A stretch of DNA of 64,000 nucleotides, from the NCBI GenBank assembly GCA_963777835.1, contig CAVZRK010000003.1, forward strand, positions 43,429 to 107,428, read 5' to 3'. Below are positions 20,674 through 34,941 of the stretch, one piece after another. This stretch comes from an uncultured Gemmatimonadales bacterium. GTDB lineage: Bacteria; Gemmatimonadota; Gemmatimonadetes; Gemmatimonadales; GWC2-71-9. Position 1 is the stretch's first letter, and each line of letters starts with the position of its first letter. Position numbers and translations under genes: made by a program. The notes under the pieces are model-generated. The model made no database searches, was not told where the DNA came from, and was given only the letters and a program-made list of their open reading frames with translations.

Positions 20674-23484
20674 ATGATCGGTCTCAAATCCTTCGGCAAC
20701 ATCGATCTCCGTGGTCCGGGCGGAGAGCTGCGGGGGATCCTCACCCAACCGAAACGACTGGCCCTCCTCCTCCGCCTGGCCGCGGAGCGTCCCGGCACCT
20801 TCCTCCGACGCGACACCCTCCTGGCGATGTTCTGGCCCGAGCTCGACGCGGCCGGCGCGCGCAACGCGCTCCGGCAGGCGCTCTTCCACCTCCGGCGGGA
20901 GCTTGGCGAGGGGGTCCTCCTGAATCGGGGCGACGAGGAGGTCGGCCTCGATCCGGGACAATTCCGTTCCGATATCGCGGAATTCGAGGAGGCCGCCGCC
21001 ACCGGCCGGTGGCGTGTGGCTCTTGATCTCCTCCGCGGGGATCTGGCACCGGGACTGTACGTGTCCGAGGCCGAGGGGTTCGAGGAATGGCTGGAGGGAC
21101 GCCGCGCGGATGTTCGTCGCCGGGCCGCCGAGGGTGCATGGGCGCTGTGCCGGGAGGCGGAATCGTCGGGCGCACCGGCCCTCGCTGCCGGCTGGGCCCG
21201 GCGGGCGGTGGAACTGACGCCCGACGATGAGGCGGGCGTTCGCAGGTTGCTCGCGCTCCTCATCCAGTCCGGCGATGGCGCAGGCGCCGCGGAGGCGTAC
21301 AGCGCGTTCGAGGAGCGGCTGCGCCGAGAGTACGGGGTTGCGCCTGCGCCAGAGACCGTGGCCATCAGGCGCGCGATCCCCGCCGAGCCGGCCGCGCCCG
21401 TGGATCCCGCCCCCCGGTCCTTGGGGGCTTCGAATGCGCTCCCCCCGCCGCAGGCGGTCGACGCAGCGACTCCACCGGCACCGCCGTCGCGGTCGTGGCG
21501 CTGGGGGGCCGCGGCGGGGGTGTGTCTGCTGCTCGTGGCCGCCCTCGTGGGGTGGTGGCGCGCCCGGGTCCCGGCCGGGGCTGGCGCGAGCGGGGAGCGA
21601 CTGTTGATCGTCCCCTTCCGGACTCCCGTCCGGGACACGGTGCTGGACGCGCTCTCGGTGGGGCTGGTGGATCTCACCAGCGCGCGGCTATCCGGCGCTT
21701 CGACGCCCCACCCAGTCGATCCCGACGTCGCGCTCCGGGCGGTGGCCGAAACACGGGCCGGGGGCGACACGCCGGGGACGGAACAACTCCGGGCGGCCGC
21801 CCACCGGACCGGGGCGGGGCTCATTCTCACCGGGACGTTGCTCCGTGAGGGAGGGCGCCTGGTGCTGGCCCCGGTGGTGATCGCGGCCGCGAGCGGCGCC
21901 AGCACACCGCTGCCGCAGGTGAGCGGTCCGATGGACAGCTTGCCGTGGATGGTGGACCGCATGGCGGCGAGCCTGCTGTCCACCTTCGCGGGCGAGGGCG
22001 GCGCCGACGCCCCCGCGCTGGCCTCCATTCCGCTCCCAGCGCTGCGTGCCTACCTCGATGGACGGGAGGCGATGCGAAACGGGCGAGTCGCCGACGCGAT
22101 GGCGTTGCTGGCCCGCGCCATCGAGCTGGATTCGACGTTCGCCCTGGCGGCTCGCGACTACGCGGAAGCGGTCGACTGGGCGGGCGAGGATCCCATGAGC
22201 GCGGCCAAGAACCGGGCCTGGGCGCTGCGCGACCGGCTCGGGATCCGCGACCGCGCCATCCTTGTCGCGCTTGCCGGGCGGCGGTTTCCCGCCCTCACCC
22301 CGGCGCGGGAGCAGGTCGAGGACTGGGAGTCCGCAGTCCGCTTGGCCCCCGATCGGTCACGGACCTGGTTCGGTCTGGGGGACGTGCTCTTCCACATGGG
22401 CGCCATCGCCCGGATCGCCGGGGCGGAGGATCGCGCCCGGAGCGCCTTCGACCGCGCGCTCGCTCTCGACTCCGCCTCGGTGCCCGCCCTGCTGCACCGG
22501 ATCGAGCTGGCGGCGCGTCAGGGCGACACGGCGATGGTGCGCCGGCTCATGCCACTGGCAGAGTCACACGACTCCCCGGGCGACGCGCTCGAATTCCTGC
22601 GCTGGCGCGCCGCGGTCGCGCTTGGCGACGAGGCGGTGCGCCGCCGCATCGAGTCAGGGATGGATTCCCTGAGCACCTTCGCCCTCTTCCGGATCATGGG
22701 CTGGAGCCAGCTCGACGGGCTCGGTATGGACGCCCCGGCCCGTGCGCTGGCCGTGCTCCAGCGCCGCACTGGCACGGGCGCGGAATCTCAATACGTGTTT
22801 TCTACCGGGGTGGCGCTCGCAGGCAATCGCGGCCAGTTCCAGACGATGCGGGAGGCGGTCCGGGCCTACGCGGCGAATGACGCCCCGACCACCGCCCTCT
22901 TCTACGCGAGTGGAGAGGCGGCCCGCGGGCAGTTCGACACGTTGGCGGCCGCCGTGGCGGACGGCCGTGATACCACGCAGACCTCGCGCGCGGAACTGCT
23001 CTTCTGGCGGCTCTGGGTGGGCGATCCCGTGACCGCGGCAGCGGTCCGGGAGTACATCGCCGCCATGGACCGGACCCCCGGCGGGCTGGGCCCGGCGGCC
23101 GTCGCATGCCTCGCCACCGCGCGCGCCGGACTTCCGGATGCCAAGGCGCGGGTGCGGCGGGCGGATTCCCTGGCGGACCTGCTGCCGGGGCCTGACGGCA
23201 TCGGCTGGAGCCTCCTCGTCCTGGCCCGGTGCCACGAGGCGGCGGGCGATCGCCGCGGTGCGCTCGCGACGCTTGGGCGCCGCGCACTCGATCCGGTGTA
23301 CGGGCCGAGTTATTTGGCGGGGTATCTCTACGACGAGGGCCGGCTGGCGTTGCTGGAGGGGGATGGCCCGCGGGCGCTCCGCGCGTGGCGGCACCTGCTG
23401 GCGCTGCGGGATGATCCCGACCCCGCGCTCCGCCCGCGGGTGGCGGAACTCCGGCGCGTGGTGGACAGCCTCGCGCGGAACTAG
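20674..23484 (+). CDS. SARP/BTAD-domain transmembrane regulator with TPR-like extracytoplasmic region
   Basis: QPKRLALL..RRDTLLAMFWPE..LRQALFHLR (wHTH), FEEWLE..PDDEAGVRRL (BTAD), a TM helix, and TPR-like repeats (AIELDSTFALA). Confidence 0.85.
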   Translation: MIGLKSFGNIDLRGPGGELRGILTQPKRLALLLRLAAERPGTFLRRDTLLAMFWPELDAAGARNALRQALFHLRRELGEGVLLNRGDEEVGLDPGQFRSDIAEFEEAAATGRWRVALDLLRGDLAPGLYVSEAEGFEEWLEGRRADVRRRAAEGAWALCREAESSGAPALAAGWARRAVELTPDDEAGVRRLLALLIQSGDGAGAAEAYSAFEERLRREYGVAPAPETVAIRRAIPAEPAAPVDPAPRSLGASNALPPPQAVDAATPPAPPSRSWRWGAAAGVCLLLVAALVGWWRARVPAGAGASGERLLIVPFRTPVRDTVLDALSVGLVDLTSARLSGASTPHPVDPDVALRAVAETRAGGDTPGTEQLRAAAHRTGAGLILTGTLLREGGRLVLAPVVIAAASGASTPLPQVSGPMDSLPWMVDRMAASLLSTFAGEGGADAPALASIPLPALRAYLDGREAMRNGRVADAMALLARAIELDSTFALAARDYAEAVDWAGEDPMSAAKNRAWALRDRLGIRDRAILVALAGRRFPALTPAREQVEDWESAVRLAPDRSRTWFGLGDVLFHMGAIARIAGAEDRARSAFDRALALDSASVPALLHRIELAARQGDTAMVRRLMPLAESHDSPGDALEFLRWRAAVALGDEAVRRRIESGMDSLSTFALFRIMGWSQLDGLGMDAPARALAVLQRRTGTGAESQYVFSTGVALAGNRGQFQTMREAVRAYAANDAPTTALFYASGEAARGQFDTLAAAVADGRDTTQTSRAELLFWRLWVGDPVTAAAVREYIAAMDRTPGGLGPAAVACLATARAGLPDAKARVRRADSLADLLPGPDGIGWSLLVLARCHEAAGDRRGALATLGRRALDPVYGPSYLAGYLYDEGRLALLEGDGPRALRAWRHLLALRDDPDPALRPRVAELRRVVDSLARN

Positions 23485-23933
23485 CCCGCGCGCGCGCCTG
23501 CCGCCAGCCGGAGCATGGCCATCACCACCGCGCCGCGCGCCGTCCAGACGACCACCCTGATCCAGTTGAGGCGGGCGAAGCGGCGAAAGCCGTCGGGGTC
23601 GAAGCGCGTCAGGGGGTGATGCCCGACCACCAGGCGAACAAGCGGGATCGTGCCCCAGGCGGCGGCGAGCAGCGTCAGGTTGATGCCGTGCACCCAGGCC
23701 GGGATGCCCGCCGGCTGCTGCAGCGCGGCCAGCAGGCCGGAGCCGGCCTCCACCACGAGCAGCGGCCAGAACAGCGTGCGGAAGACGCGCCGGTAGACCC
23801 GCGTGTGGTGCGGCCAGGTGTCGGCGGTCGCGCGCGCGAGGAGCGGCACGAGGCCGAGCTGGATGGCCCACATCACGCCGGCGAGCAGCAGCGTTGCGGA
23901 CGCATGGATCAGCAGGGTGTCGTGCGTGGTCAC
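23481..23933 (-). CDS. Hypothetical integral membrane protein
   Basis: Several hydrophobic helices and an NWIR motif. Confidence 0.65.
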   Translation of the reverse strand: MTTHDTLLIHASATLLLAGVMWAIQLGLVPLLARATADTWPHHTRVYRRVFRTLFWPLLVVEAGSGLLAALQQPAGIPAWVHGINLTLLAAAWGTIPLVRLVVGHHPLTRFDPDGFRRFARLNWIRVVVWTARGAVVMAMLRLAAGARAG

Positions 23934-23957
23934 GGACGGTGGCGGTCGGCGGCGCCG

Positions 23958-25637
<1,680 letters not shown>

Positions 25638-25685
25638 GGGGCGGGAGTATAGCGGGCGCCCGAGGGGGCTGGAAGGGGGAGGAAA

Positions 25686-25716
25686 CCGAAAGGGCACGCC
25701 AGCGGGCGTGCCCTTC
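25686..25716 (-). terminator. Intrinsic terminator of the SWIB gene
   Basis: AAGGGCACGCC-AGCG-GGCGTGCCCTT with a T-rich tail on the minus strand. Confidence 0.65.
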
Positions 25717-25742
25717 GTCCGGTCCCTGCGGGGTGTCGGGAA

Positions 25743-26090
25743 CTACGAAAGGTGCTTGCTGACGAGCTTGGTCATCTCGAACATGTTGACCTTGCCGCGC
25801 CCACCGAACACCACCTTGAGCTTCGCGTCGGCGTTGATGTCGCGCTTGTTCTTGGTGTCCTGGAGCTTGTTCTTCTTGATGTAGGCCCAGAGCCGCTTGG
25901 TGACTTCGGTGCGCGGATACGGGCCGGCGCCGATGACGGCACCGAGGGCGGCCGAGATCTTCATCGGCTTCATGAACGCCGCCGAGGGCTTGCGCTTGCT
26001 GGCGGTCTTCTTCTTCGCGGCCTTCTTGACGGTCTTCTTCTTGGCGGTCTTCTTGACGGCCTTCTTCGCTGCCTTCTTCTTGGCTGCCAT
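25743..26090 (-). CDS. SWIB/MDM2 domain protein with Lys/Ala-rich N-terminal tail
   Basis: MAAKKKAAKKAVKK.., AFMKPM, RTEVTKRLWAYIKKNKLQD and VNMFEMTKLVSKHL. Confidence 0.92.
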   Translation of the reverse strand: MAAKKKAAKKAVKKTAKKKTVKKAAKKKTASKRKPSAAFMKPMKISAALGAVIGAGPYPRTEVTKRLWAYIKKNKLQDTKNKRDINADAKLKVVFGGRGKVNMFEMTKLVSKHLS

Positions 26091-26240
26091 CGCAAGTCTC
26101 CGTTCGAGGGTGAACTCCACGTGTGCCGCAGGGGGCACCGCAGGACTGCGACCCCAATGTAGCAACTTTTCCCTCTGGCAACAATAGGATTCCGGCGGTT
26201 TTCCCTCTAGGATCGTGGGTGGCGGGCTCCGCCCGCGTCA

Positions 26241-26269
26241 TTGACCGCACGCGTCCCGGCCCCCATGAT
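26241..26269 (+). promoter_or_regulatory. Putative sigma70 promoter for the outer-membrane protein gene
   Basis: TTGACC-N17-CATGAT. Confidence 0.45.
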
Positions 26270-26352
26270 GGGGCTTCCGGGCGGTCGCTCCCGGTGGACG
26301 TCTTCGGAATTGCCTCGGCGGGGCGGCGGTGTCCGCCCGGGAGCAACTCGCC

Positions 26353-26880
26353 ATGCGCCGTCCCGCTGTTGCCATCGCAGCGTACCTGTTCGCGTTCGCG
26401 CTGGCGTTCCCCGGGAGGGGCTCCGCGCAGGCGTACGTGTCCCTCGGGGGCGGCGTTCAATTCCCCACGGGGGAGTACGCGGTCCATCTCGCCCCCGGGT
26501 GGATCGTGTCGGGTCGGATCGGATTTCCGGTCGGGTCCAAGGGGCTCTCCCTCGGGGTCGAGGGCTTCTTCGGGCGAAACACCTACGATCGGAATTCCAA
26601 CAATGGCGAAGGACTCGGCGGCGCCCTCCTGTTCGCCGCATACCGGTTCGGGGACCGTGCACGGCTGGGGCCGTACCTGTTCGGTGGCCTCGGCGGCGGC
26701 GGGCAAGGCATCGGCGAGTTTATCGTCAGCTGGTTTCCCGCCATCTCCATTGGCGCCGGCGTCGAGGGGCCCACGTCGAAGCTCGGGCTCTTCGCGGAGA
26801 CGCGCTACACGCGGAACCCCGACTTCTCGTTCTTCGAGGTGGTCGGCGGCCTGAAGATCCCCCTGGGCAACGGCAGGTAG
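26353..26880 (+). CDS. Small outer-membrane beta-barrel protein
   Basis: Signal peptide and alternating beta strands (PYLFGGLG, GAGVE, LFAETRY, GGLKIPL). Confidence 0.7.
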   Translation: MRRPAVAIAAYLFAFALAFPGRGSAQAYVSLGGGVQFPTGEYAVHLAPGWIVSGRIGFPVGSKGLSLGVEGFFGRNTYDRNSNNGEGLGGALLFAAYRFGDRARLGPYLFGGLGGGGQGIGEFIVSWFPAISIGAGVEGPTSKLGLFAETRYTRNPDFSFFEVVGGLKIPLGNGR

Positions 26881-27001
26881 TCGAGCGCCGCCGCCTGGGG
26901 CGTCCTGGTCCAGCGACTGCCGGGCCTCCCCTGCGGCGTGGGCGGTGGTAGATTTCGCCGTCCCATTTGCCTCACTACCCATCCACCCTGGAAGACTCGA
27001 C

Positions 27002-28111
27002 ATGCGCATTGGAGTCCCTGCGGAAACTCGCCCCCACGAACGGCGCGTGGCGCTGGTGCCCGACGGCGTCGCCAAGCTGACGAAGGCCGGCTGCAGCGTG
27101 CTCGTGCAGCGCGGCGCCGGCACCGGTGCGTACCTGCCGGACGCGGACTTCGAAGCGGCCGGCGCCACCATCGTCGGGAGCGCCGCCGAGGCGTTCGCGG
27201 CGGACCTCGTGCTCAAGGTCCAGCGGCCGACGGCGGAGGAGGCGGCGCTGCTGCGGGAGGGGGCCGCGCTCGTGAGCTTCCTGGCGCCGGCCGCGTCGGC
27301 CGACCTGCTCGGCACCCTGACCGGGCGCAAGGTGACGGCCTTCGCCATGGAGCTGGTGCCGCGCACGACCAAGGCGCAGTCCATGGACGCGCTGTCCTCG
27401 CAGGCCACCATCGCCGGGTACAAGGCGATCCTGGTCGGCGCCGACGCGATGGGGCGCATCCTCCCGATGCTGACCACCGCGGCCGGCACCCTCGCCCCCG
27501 CCAAGGTGTTCGTGATCGGCGCCGGCGTGGCGGGGCTGCAGGCCATCGCCACGGCGCGCCGGCTCGGCGGCATCGTCTCCGCGTTCGACGTCCGCGCGGT
27601 GGTGCGCGAGCAGGTGCAGAGCCTCGGCGCCAGTTTCGTCGAAGTGGCCGCCGTCGAGGGTGAGGGGCAGGGCGGCTACGCGAAGGAACTGGCGGAGGAG
27701 CAGCAGCGCCGCGTGGTGGCCGGCATCGGGGAGCACGCCAAGGGACAGGATCTCATCGTCACCACGGCCCAGATCCCCGGCCGCCCCGCGCCGAAGCTGA
27801 TCACGGCGGACGCGGTGCGCGCCATGAAGCCGGGCTCGGTCATCGTGGACCTGGCCGGCGAGTCCGGCGGGAACTGCGAGCTCACCACGTTCGGCGAGAC
27901 GGTCACCGTCGGGGGCGTCAGCATCCTCGCCCCGGTCAACCTCCCCGCGAGCGTCCCGCTGCATGCCAGCCAGATGTACGGGCGGAACGTCCTGACGTTC
28001 GTGACCTACCTCCTCAAGGACGGAGCCCTCCAGGTGGATCTCTCCGACCCGATCACCGGCCCGATGTGCGTGACGCACGCGGGCGAACTCCGCACCGGCA
28101 AGGCGGCCTGA
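27002..28111 (+). CDS. pntA: NAD(P) transhydrogenase subunit alpha, part 1
   Basis: Motifs ERRVALVP, QSMDALSSQATIAGYKA, GAGVAGLQAIATA and GGNCE. Confidence 0.93.
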   Translation: MRIGVPAETRPHERRVALVPDGVAKLTKAGCSVLVQRGAGTGAYLPDADFEAAGATIVGSAAEAFAADLVLKVQRPTAEEAALLREGAALVSFLAPAASADLLGTLTGRKVTAFAMELVPRTTKAQSMDALSSQATIAGYKAILVGADAMGRILPMLTTAAGTLAPAKVFVIGAGVAGLQAIATARRLGGIVSAFDVRAVVREQVQSLGASFVEVAAVEGEGQGGYAKELAEEQQRRVVAGIGEHAKGQDLIVTTAQIPGRPAPKLITADAVRAMKPGSVIVDLAGESGGNCELTTFGETVTVGGVSILAPVNLPASVPLHASQMYGRNVLTFVTYLLKDGALQVDLSDPITGPMCVTHAGELRTGKAA

Positions 28112-28113
28112 TC

Positions 28114-28404
28114 ATGGAAGCCCTGATGCTCAGCATCACCCTCTTCGTCCTCGCCACCTTTCTCGGCGTCGAGCTCATCAACCGGGTCCCCACGACCCTC
28201 CACACGCCGCTCATGTCGGGCGCCAACGCGATCAGCGGCATCACGATCGTGGGCGCGCTGGTGGTGGCGGGCGGCGGCTTCGGCTGGATCTCCTGGGTGT
28301 TCGGCGTCTGCGCCGTCATCCTGGCCATGATGAACGTGGTGGGCGGCTACGCGGTGACCGACCGGATGCTGCAGATGTTCACGAAGAAGCCGGAGGCCAA
28401 GTGA
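28114..28404 (+). CDS. pntA: NAD(P) transhydrogenase subunit alpha, part 2
   Basis: Motifs LHTPLMSGANAISGI and NVVGGYAVTDRMLQMF. Confidence 0.92.
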   Translation: MEALMLSITLFVLATFLGVELINRVPTTLHTPLMSGANAISGITIVGALVVAGGGFGWISWVFGVCAVILAMMNVVGGYAVTDRMLQMFTKKPEAK

Positions 28405-29792
28405 TGCCGTTCGCCCTCGAACAACTGCTGTACCTGGTGGCGGCCGTGCTGTTCATCATCGGCCTGAAGCGGCTGAGCAGCCCCGTCACGGCGCGGCACG
28501 GCAACATGCTCTCGGGCGTGGGCATGCTGATCGCCATCCTGGTCACACTCTTCGACCGGGGGATTCTCTCCTTCCAGGCCATCGTCGTCGGCGTGTTCGT
28601 CGGGTCGGCCATGGGCCTGTGGATGGCCCGCGCGGTCAAGATGACCTCGATGCCGCAGATGGTGGCGCTGTTGAACGGCTTCGGCGGCGGTTCGTCGCTC
28701 CTGGTGGGTGGCGCCGAGTTCCTGAAGGCGGAGCTCGAGGGCGTCACGCCGCCGCTCGACGTGGGGATCACCACCCAGCTCAGCCTCCTGATCGGCGCGG
28801 TGACGCTCTCCGGCAGCCTGATCGCCTGGGCCAAGCTCCAGGAGGTGATGACCGGCAAGCCGATCACCTTCCCGATGCAGAAGACGGTCAACGCGCTGAC
28901 CTTCGTGGTCATCGTGGCGCTCGCCAGCTACCAGATCGCCACGCCGGAGCAGGTGCTCTGGCCGTTCTACGCCGTCATTGCGCTGTCGCTGGTCCTCGGC
29001 GTGCTGCTGGTCATCCCCATCGGCGGCGCCGACATGCCGGTGGTCATCTCGCTGCTCAACTCGTATTCGGGCATCGCGGCCGCCATGACGGGGTTCGTGA
29101 TCCACAACAACCTGCTGATCATCGCGGGCGCGCTGGTCGGCTCGTCCGGCATCATCCTCAGCCAGATCATGTGCAAGGCGATGAACCGCTCACTCACCAA
29201 CGTGCTCTTCGGCGCGTTCGGGGGCGGGAGTGGCGGCGGGGGAAAGAGCGCGGAGGGGCTGACGGTCCGGCAGGTGAGCGTCGAGGACGCGGCGGTCCAG
29301 CTCGGCTACGCGCAGTTCGTGATCGTGGTGCCAGGGTACGGGCTGGCGGTGGCGCAGGCGCAGCACATCGTGCGCGAGCTCGCGGACCTGATCGAGCGGA
29401 AGGGCGGGGAGGTCAAGTACGCGATCCACCCCGTGGCGGGGCGGATGCCGGGGCACATGAACGTCCTCCTGGCGGAGGCCAACGTGCCCTACGACAAGCT
29501 GTGTGAAATGGACCAGATCAACGACGACTTCCAGCGCGCGGACGTGGCGCTCGTCATCGGCGCGAACGACGTGGTCAACCCGGCGGCCCGGACCGACCCC
29601 GGCAGCCCGATCTACGGGATGCCGATCCTCAACGCCGACCACGCCAAGAGCATCATCGTCATGAAGCGGGGCATGAGCGCCGGGTTCGCCGGCATCGAGA
29701 ACGAGCTGTTCTACAACCCGAAGACCGCGATGCTCTTCGGCGACGCCAAGCAGTCCCTGACCCGGCTGGTCTCCGAGATCAAGGCGCTGTAG
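28404..29792 (+). CDS. pntB: NAD(P) transhydrogenase subunit beta
   Basis: Motifs GGADMPVVISLLNSYSG, IHPVAGRMPGHMNVLLAEA and GANDVVNPAA. Confidence 0.96.
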   Translation: MPFALEQLLYLVAAVLFIIGLKRLSSPVTARHGNMLSGVGMLIAILVTLFDRGILSFQAIVVGVFVGSAMGLWMARAVKMTSMPQMVALLNGFGGGSSLLVGGAEFLKAELEGVTPPLDVGITTQLSLLIGAVTLSGSLIAWAKLQEVMTGKPITFPMQKTVNALTFVVIVALASYQIATPEQVLWPFYAVIALSLVLGVLLVIPIGGADMPVVISLLNSYSGIAAAMTGFVIHNNLLIIAGALVGSSGIILSQIMCKAMNRSLTNVLFGAFGGGSGGGGKSAEGLTVRQVSVEDAAVQLGYAQFVIVVPGYGLAVAQAQHIVRELADLIERKGGEVKYAIHPVAGRMPGHMNVLLAEANVPYDKLCEMDQINDDFQRADVALVIGANDVVNPAARTDPGSPIYGMPILNADHAKSIIVMKRGMSAGFAGIENELFYNPKTAMLFGDAKQSLTRLVSEIKAL

Positions 29793-30369
29793 GCCCGCCC
29801 CACCGCCGCACGTCCTTCACCGCCGCGAGGTCCCGGATCCGTTCCTGGGCCTCGCGGTAGTTTTTCAGGAACTCCTCCCGCCACGCCTCCGGCAGGTTCG
29901 CCCGGAAATGATCCGCCGTCAGCAGCGCTCCCGTGGTTCCTCCGTGCGTCGCGACGATCTCGCCGAGATAGAGGGTGGCAGGTCCGGCGTCCATCGTGTT
30001 GAGGACCCGGCACTCGAACGCGGCGTGACAGCGCTCGAGGACGGGCACGCCGCCCTCGCCCAGGCGGTACGGGATGCCGGCGAGCTTGTCGGCCACCTGT
30101 CGCCCGCTCCGGAAGCCCAGCCGGTGCACCACGTCGAACTGGTCCTGGTCGAGCAGGTGGGCGGCGAACCGGCCGCTGGCCCAGATCAGGTCGTGGCTCA
30201 GGTGCCATTTGTGGACGTAGACCGAGAGCCGGGGATGCTCGGGGGAGATGGTGGCCCGGACGGCGCTGTCGAGGATCATCCCGTTGGTCCGGCCGGCGTG
30301 GGCGGAGGTCACCGCAACGATGGGCGAGGCGAGCCGGCGGAGGAGTTCGTACGAATCGTTGGTGAGCAT
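29779..30369 (-). CDS. Flavin reductase-like family protein
   Basis: Motifs PIVAVTS..NGM, SGRFAAHLL, GFRSGR, GVPVL and TLYLGEIV. Confidence 0.8.
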   Translation of the reverse strand: MLTNDSYELLRRLASPIVAVTSAHAGRTNGMILDSAVRATISPEHPRLSVYVHKWHLSHDLIWASGRFAAHLLDQDQFDVVHRLGFRSGRQVADKLAGIPYRLGEGGVPVLERCHAAFECRVLNTMDAGPATLYLGEIVATHGGTTGALLTADHFRANLPEAWREEFLKNYREAQERIRDLAAVKDVRRWGGPTAP

Positions 30370-30614
30370 GAGGGAATTTAGGCGGGGAAGCGGGGAAGCG
30401 GGGAGGCCGGCCCGGGTGTGCAGGGGGAACTCTTTGGTGCGTCTGGTGGTCTATAGGGGGTGAGGTGTGTTAGGTACGAGCCTGCCAAGTGCTTGTGCGG
30501 TGCGACGTTGCCAATCTGGCAGGCATCTATTTTGTGATGATGAAGGAATTCATATCGCTTTTCGTTCAATTTTTTGGCACGATTCCGCAACCCGTTCCGG
30601 GCGCTAGGGTTAGC

Positions 30615-30627
30615 TAACCTGTTGATT
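30615..30627 (-). promoter_or_regulatory. IHF-consensus site in the AT-rich region upstream of the sigma gene
   Basis: Minus strand AATCAACAGGTTA matches WATCAANNNNTTR. Confidence 0.45.
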
Positions 30628-30723
30628 TTTCGCGCCTTAGCTGTTAGTTTACGCGACTGTATTTGGACGGCCACTCCCGGCCGTTGCTGCCCATAGAGTG
30701 CTGGGTTTTCCTGAGGAGGATCG

Positions 30724-31617
30724 GTGACTGTCAAGCCGCGCGCCAAGCGTCGTGCCGTTCGTCCGGCACAGATCGCCAAGGCCGTCGACGAGGGACGCGA
30801 GTCGCTCGACCTGTACCTCGATGAAATCAGCCGGGTCCCGCTGTTGACCCGTGAGCAGGAAATGGAACTCGCCCGCAAGGCGTTTCGCGGCAACGTGGCG
30901 GCCCAGGAAAAGCTGGCGCGTCACAACGTCCGGTTCGTCGTGTCGGTCGCCAAGAAGTTCCAGAACCGCGGCGTGCCGCTCGTCGACCTGATCGGCGAGG
31001 GCAACCTCGGCCTCATGACCGCCGCCCGCAAGTTCGATCCGGATCGCGGCGTCAAGTTCATTTCGTACGCGGTGTGGTGGATCCGCCAGGCGGTGCAGGC
31101 GGCCATCGCGCGTCACGGTCGGCCGGTCCGGGTGCCGCTCAACCGCACGGCCGACCTCAGCCGGCTCGGCCGGACCACCACGCTCCTCAAGGAGCGCCTG
31201 GGCCGGATGCCGACCACCGAGGAGCTGGCCCGCGCCACCGGCCTGACGCCGGAAGCGGTGCGCAGCCTCAGCGCCCTCAACACCGAGGCGGTGCGGCTCG
31301 ACCACCCCACGCGGGACGGCGACGGCAACGAGCGGATGGAGCGGTTTGCCATGGCGGAGCAGGAAGGCACCGATTCCGCCACGATGACCAACAGCCAGAC
31401 GAGCGACATCGAGTCGGCGCTGGCGGTCCTCCCCCCGCGCGACGCCAAGGTCCTCCGGCTCTACTTCGGCCTCGACGACGGCAACAGCCGCACGCTCGAG
31501 GAAATCGGCCGGATGATGGGCGTCACCCGCGAGCGGATCCGTCAGCTCCGGGACCGCGCGCTGCTCAAGCTGCGCGAGGGAGAAACCGGCGAGCGGCTTC
31601 GTGACCTGGTGGCCTGA
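30724..31617 (+). CDS. RpoD/RpoS-family sigma-70 factor lacking region 1.1
   Basis: [42 protein letters not shown] and TLEEIG..TRERIRQ; GAGGAGG SD before GTG. Confidence 0.92.
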   Translation: MTVKPRAKRRAVRPAQIAKAVDEGRESLDLYLDEISRVPLLTREQEMELARKAFRGNVAAQEKLARHNVRFVVSVAKKFQNRGVPLVDLIGEGNLGLMTAARKFDPDRGVKFISYAVWWIRQAVQAAIARHGRPVRVPLNRTADLSRLGRTTTLLKERLGRMPTTEELARATGLTPEAVRSLSALNTEAVRLDHPTRDGDGNERMERFAMAEQEGTDSATMTNSQTSDIESALAVLPPRDAKVLRLYFGLDDGNSRTLEEIGRMMGVTRERIRQLRDRALLKLREGETGERLRDLVA

Positions 31618-31643
31618 GTAACGTCGGTGTAGCGCGAAATGAT

Positions 31644-31716
31644 ACGACCCCCCGGAAGTCCCGGGGGGTCGTTTTTCGTTCGGCCCCGCTGCCCCGCTGC
31701 CCCGCTGCCCCGCCTG
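31644..31716 (-). repeat. G-tract 8-mer tandem plus hairpin (copy 2); also the sigma/acnA terminator
   Basis: Minus strand has four GGGG tracts spaced by CAGC after the acnA stop, then ACGACCCCCCGG-N5-CCGGGGGGTCGT; T-tail on the + strand. Confidence 0.72.
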
Positions 31717-34495
<2,779 letters not shown>

Positions 34496-34539
34496 GGCAG
34501 CTTCCAGGTGGCGTGGTTCACGGAGAAGGCGAATGCGAC

Positions 34540-34863
34540 ATGGATAATATCACCCCTTCCGGGCCGGAGACGAACCGCGCGCCGCACGCGATCACCCGGC
34601 GGGACGACGGGCTCTGGTTCGAGTGGGCCCCCGGCGAAAGCGAGCGGCGTGTTCCCGCGCGCGCGCTCCGGCTTTCCTGCCCCTGCGCGATGTGCGTCGA
34701 GGAGATGTCGGGGCGCCCGCTCCTCGATCCGGCGAGCGTGCCCCGTGACATCCACCCCGTCGCGGTCCAGCTGGTCGGGGCGTACGCGCTGCGGGTGACC
34801 TGGAGCGACGGGCATTCCACCGGCATCTTCCCCTGGGATCGGCTCCGTGCGCTGTCGGAGTGA
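34540..34863 (+). CDS. DUF971 (GBBH-like N-terminal) protein
   Basis: Motifs [10 protein letters not shown] and [22 protein letters not shown]. Confidence 0.85.
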   Translation: MDNITPSGPETNRAPHAITRRDDGLWFEWAPGESERRVPARALRLSCPCAMCVEEMSGRPLLDPASVPRDIHPVAVQLVGAYALRVTWSDGHSTGIFPWDRLRALSE

Positions 34864-34941
34864 CGCCCGGGGGCCGGGGTATGGCGCGTGGCAGGTGCGC
34901 GTGGTATTGTCGGGGCCGGTCGCTCGAAGGAGTGGACGTTG

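Noticed and set aside
30574-30590. sigma54 promoter TGGCACGATTCCGC
   Set aside because: The GG-to-GC spacing is 9 nt rather than the required 10, and the IHF site lies downstream of it.
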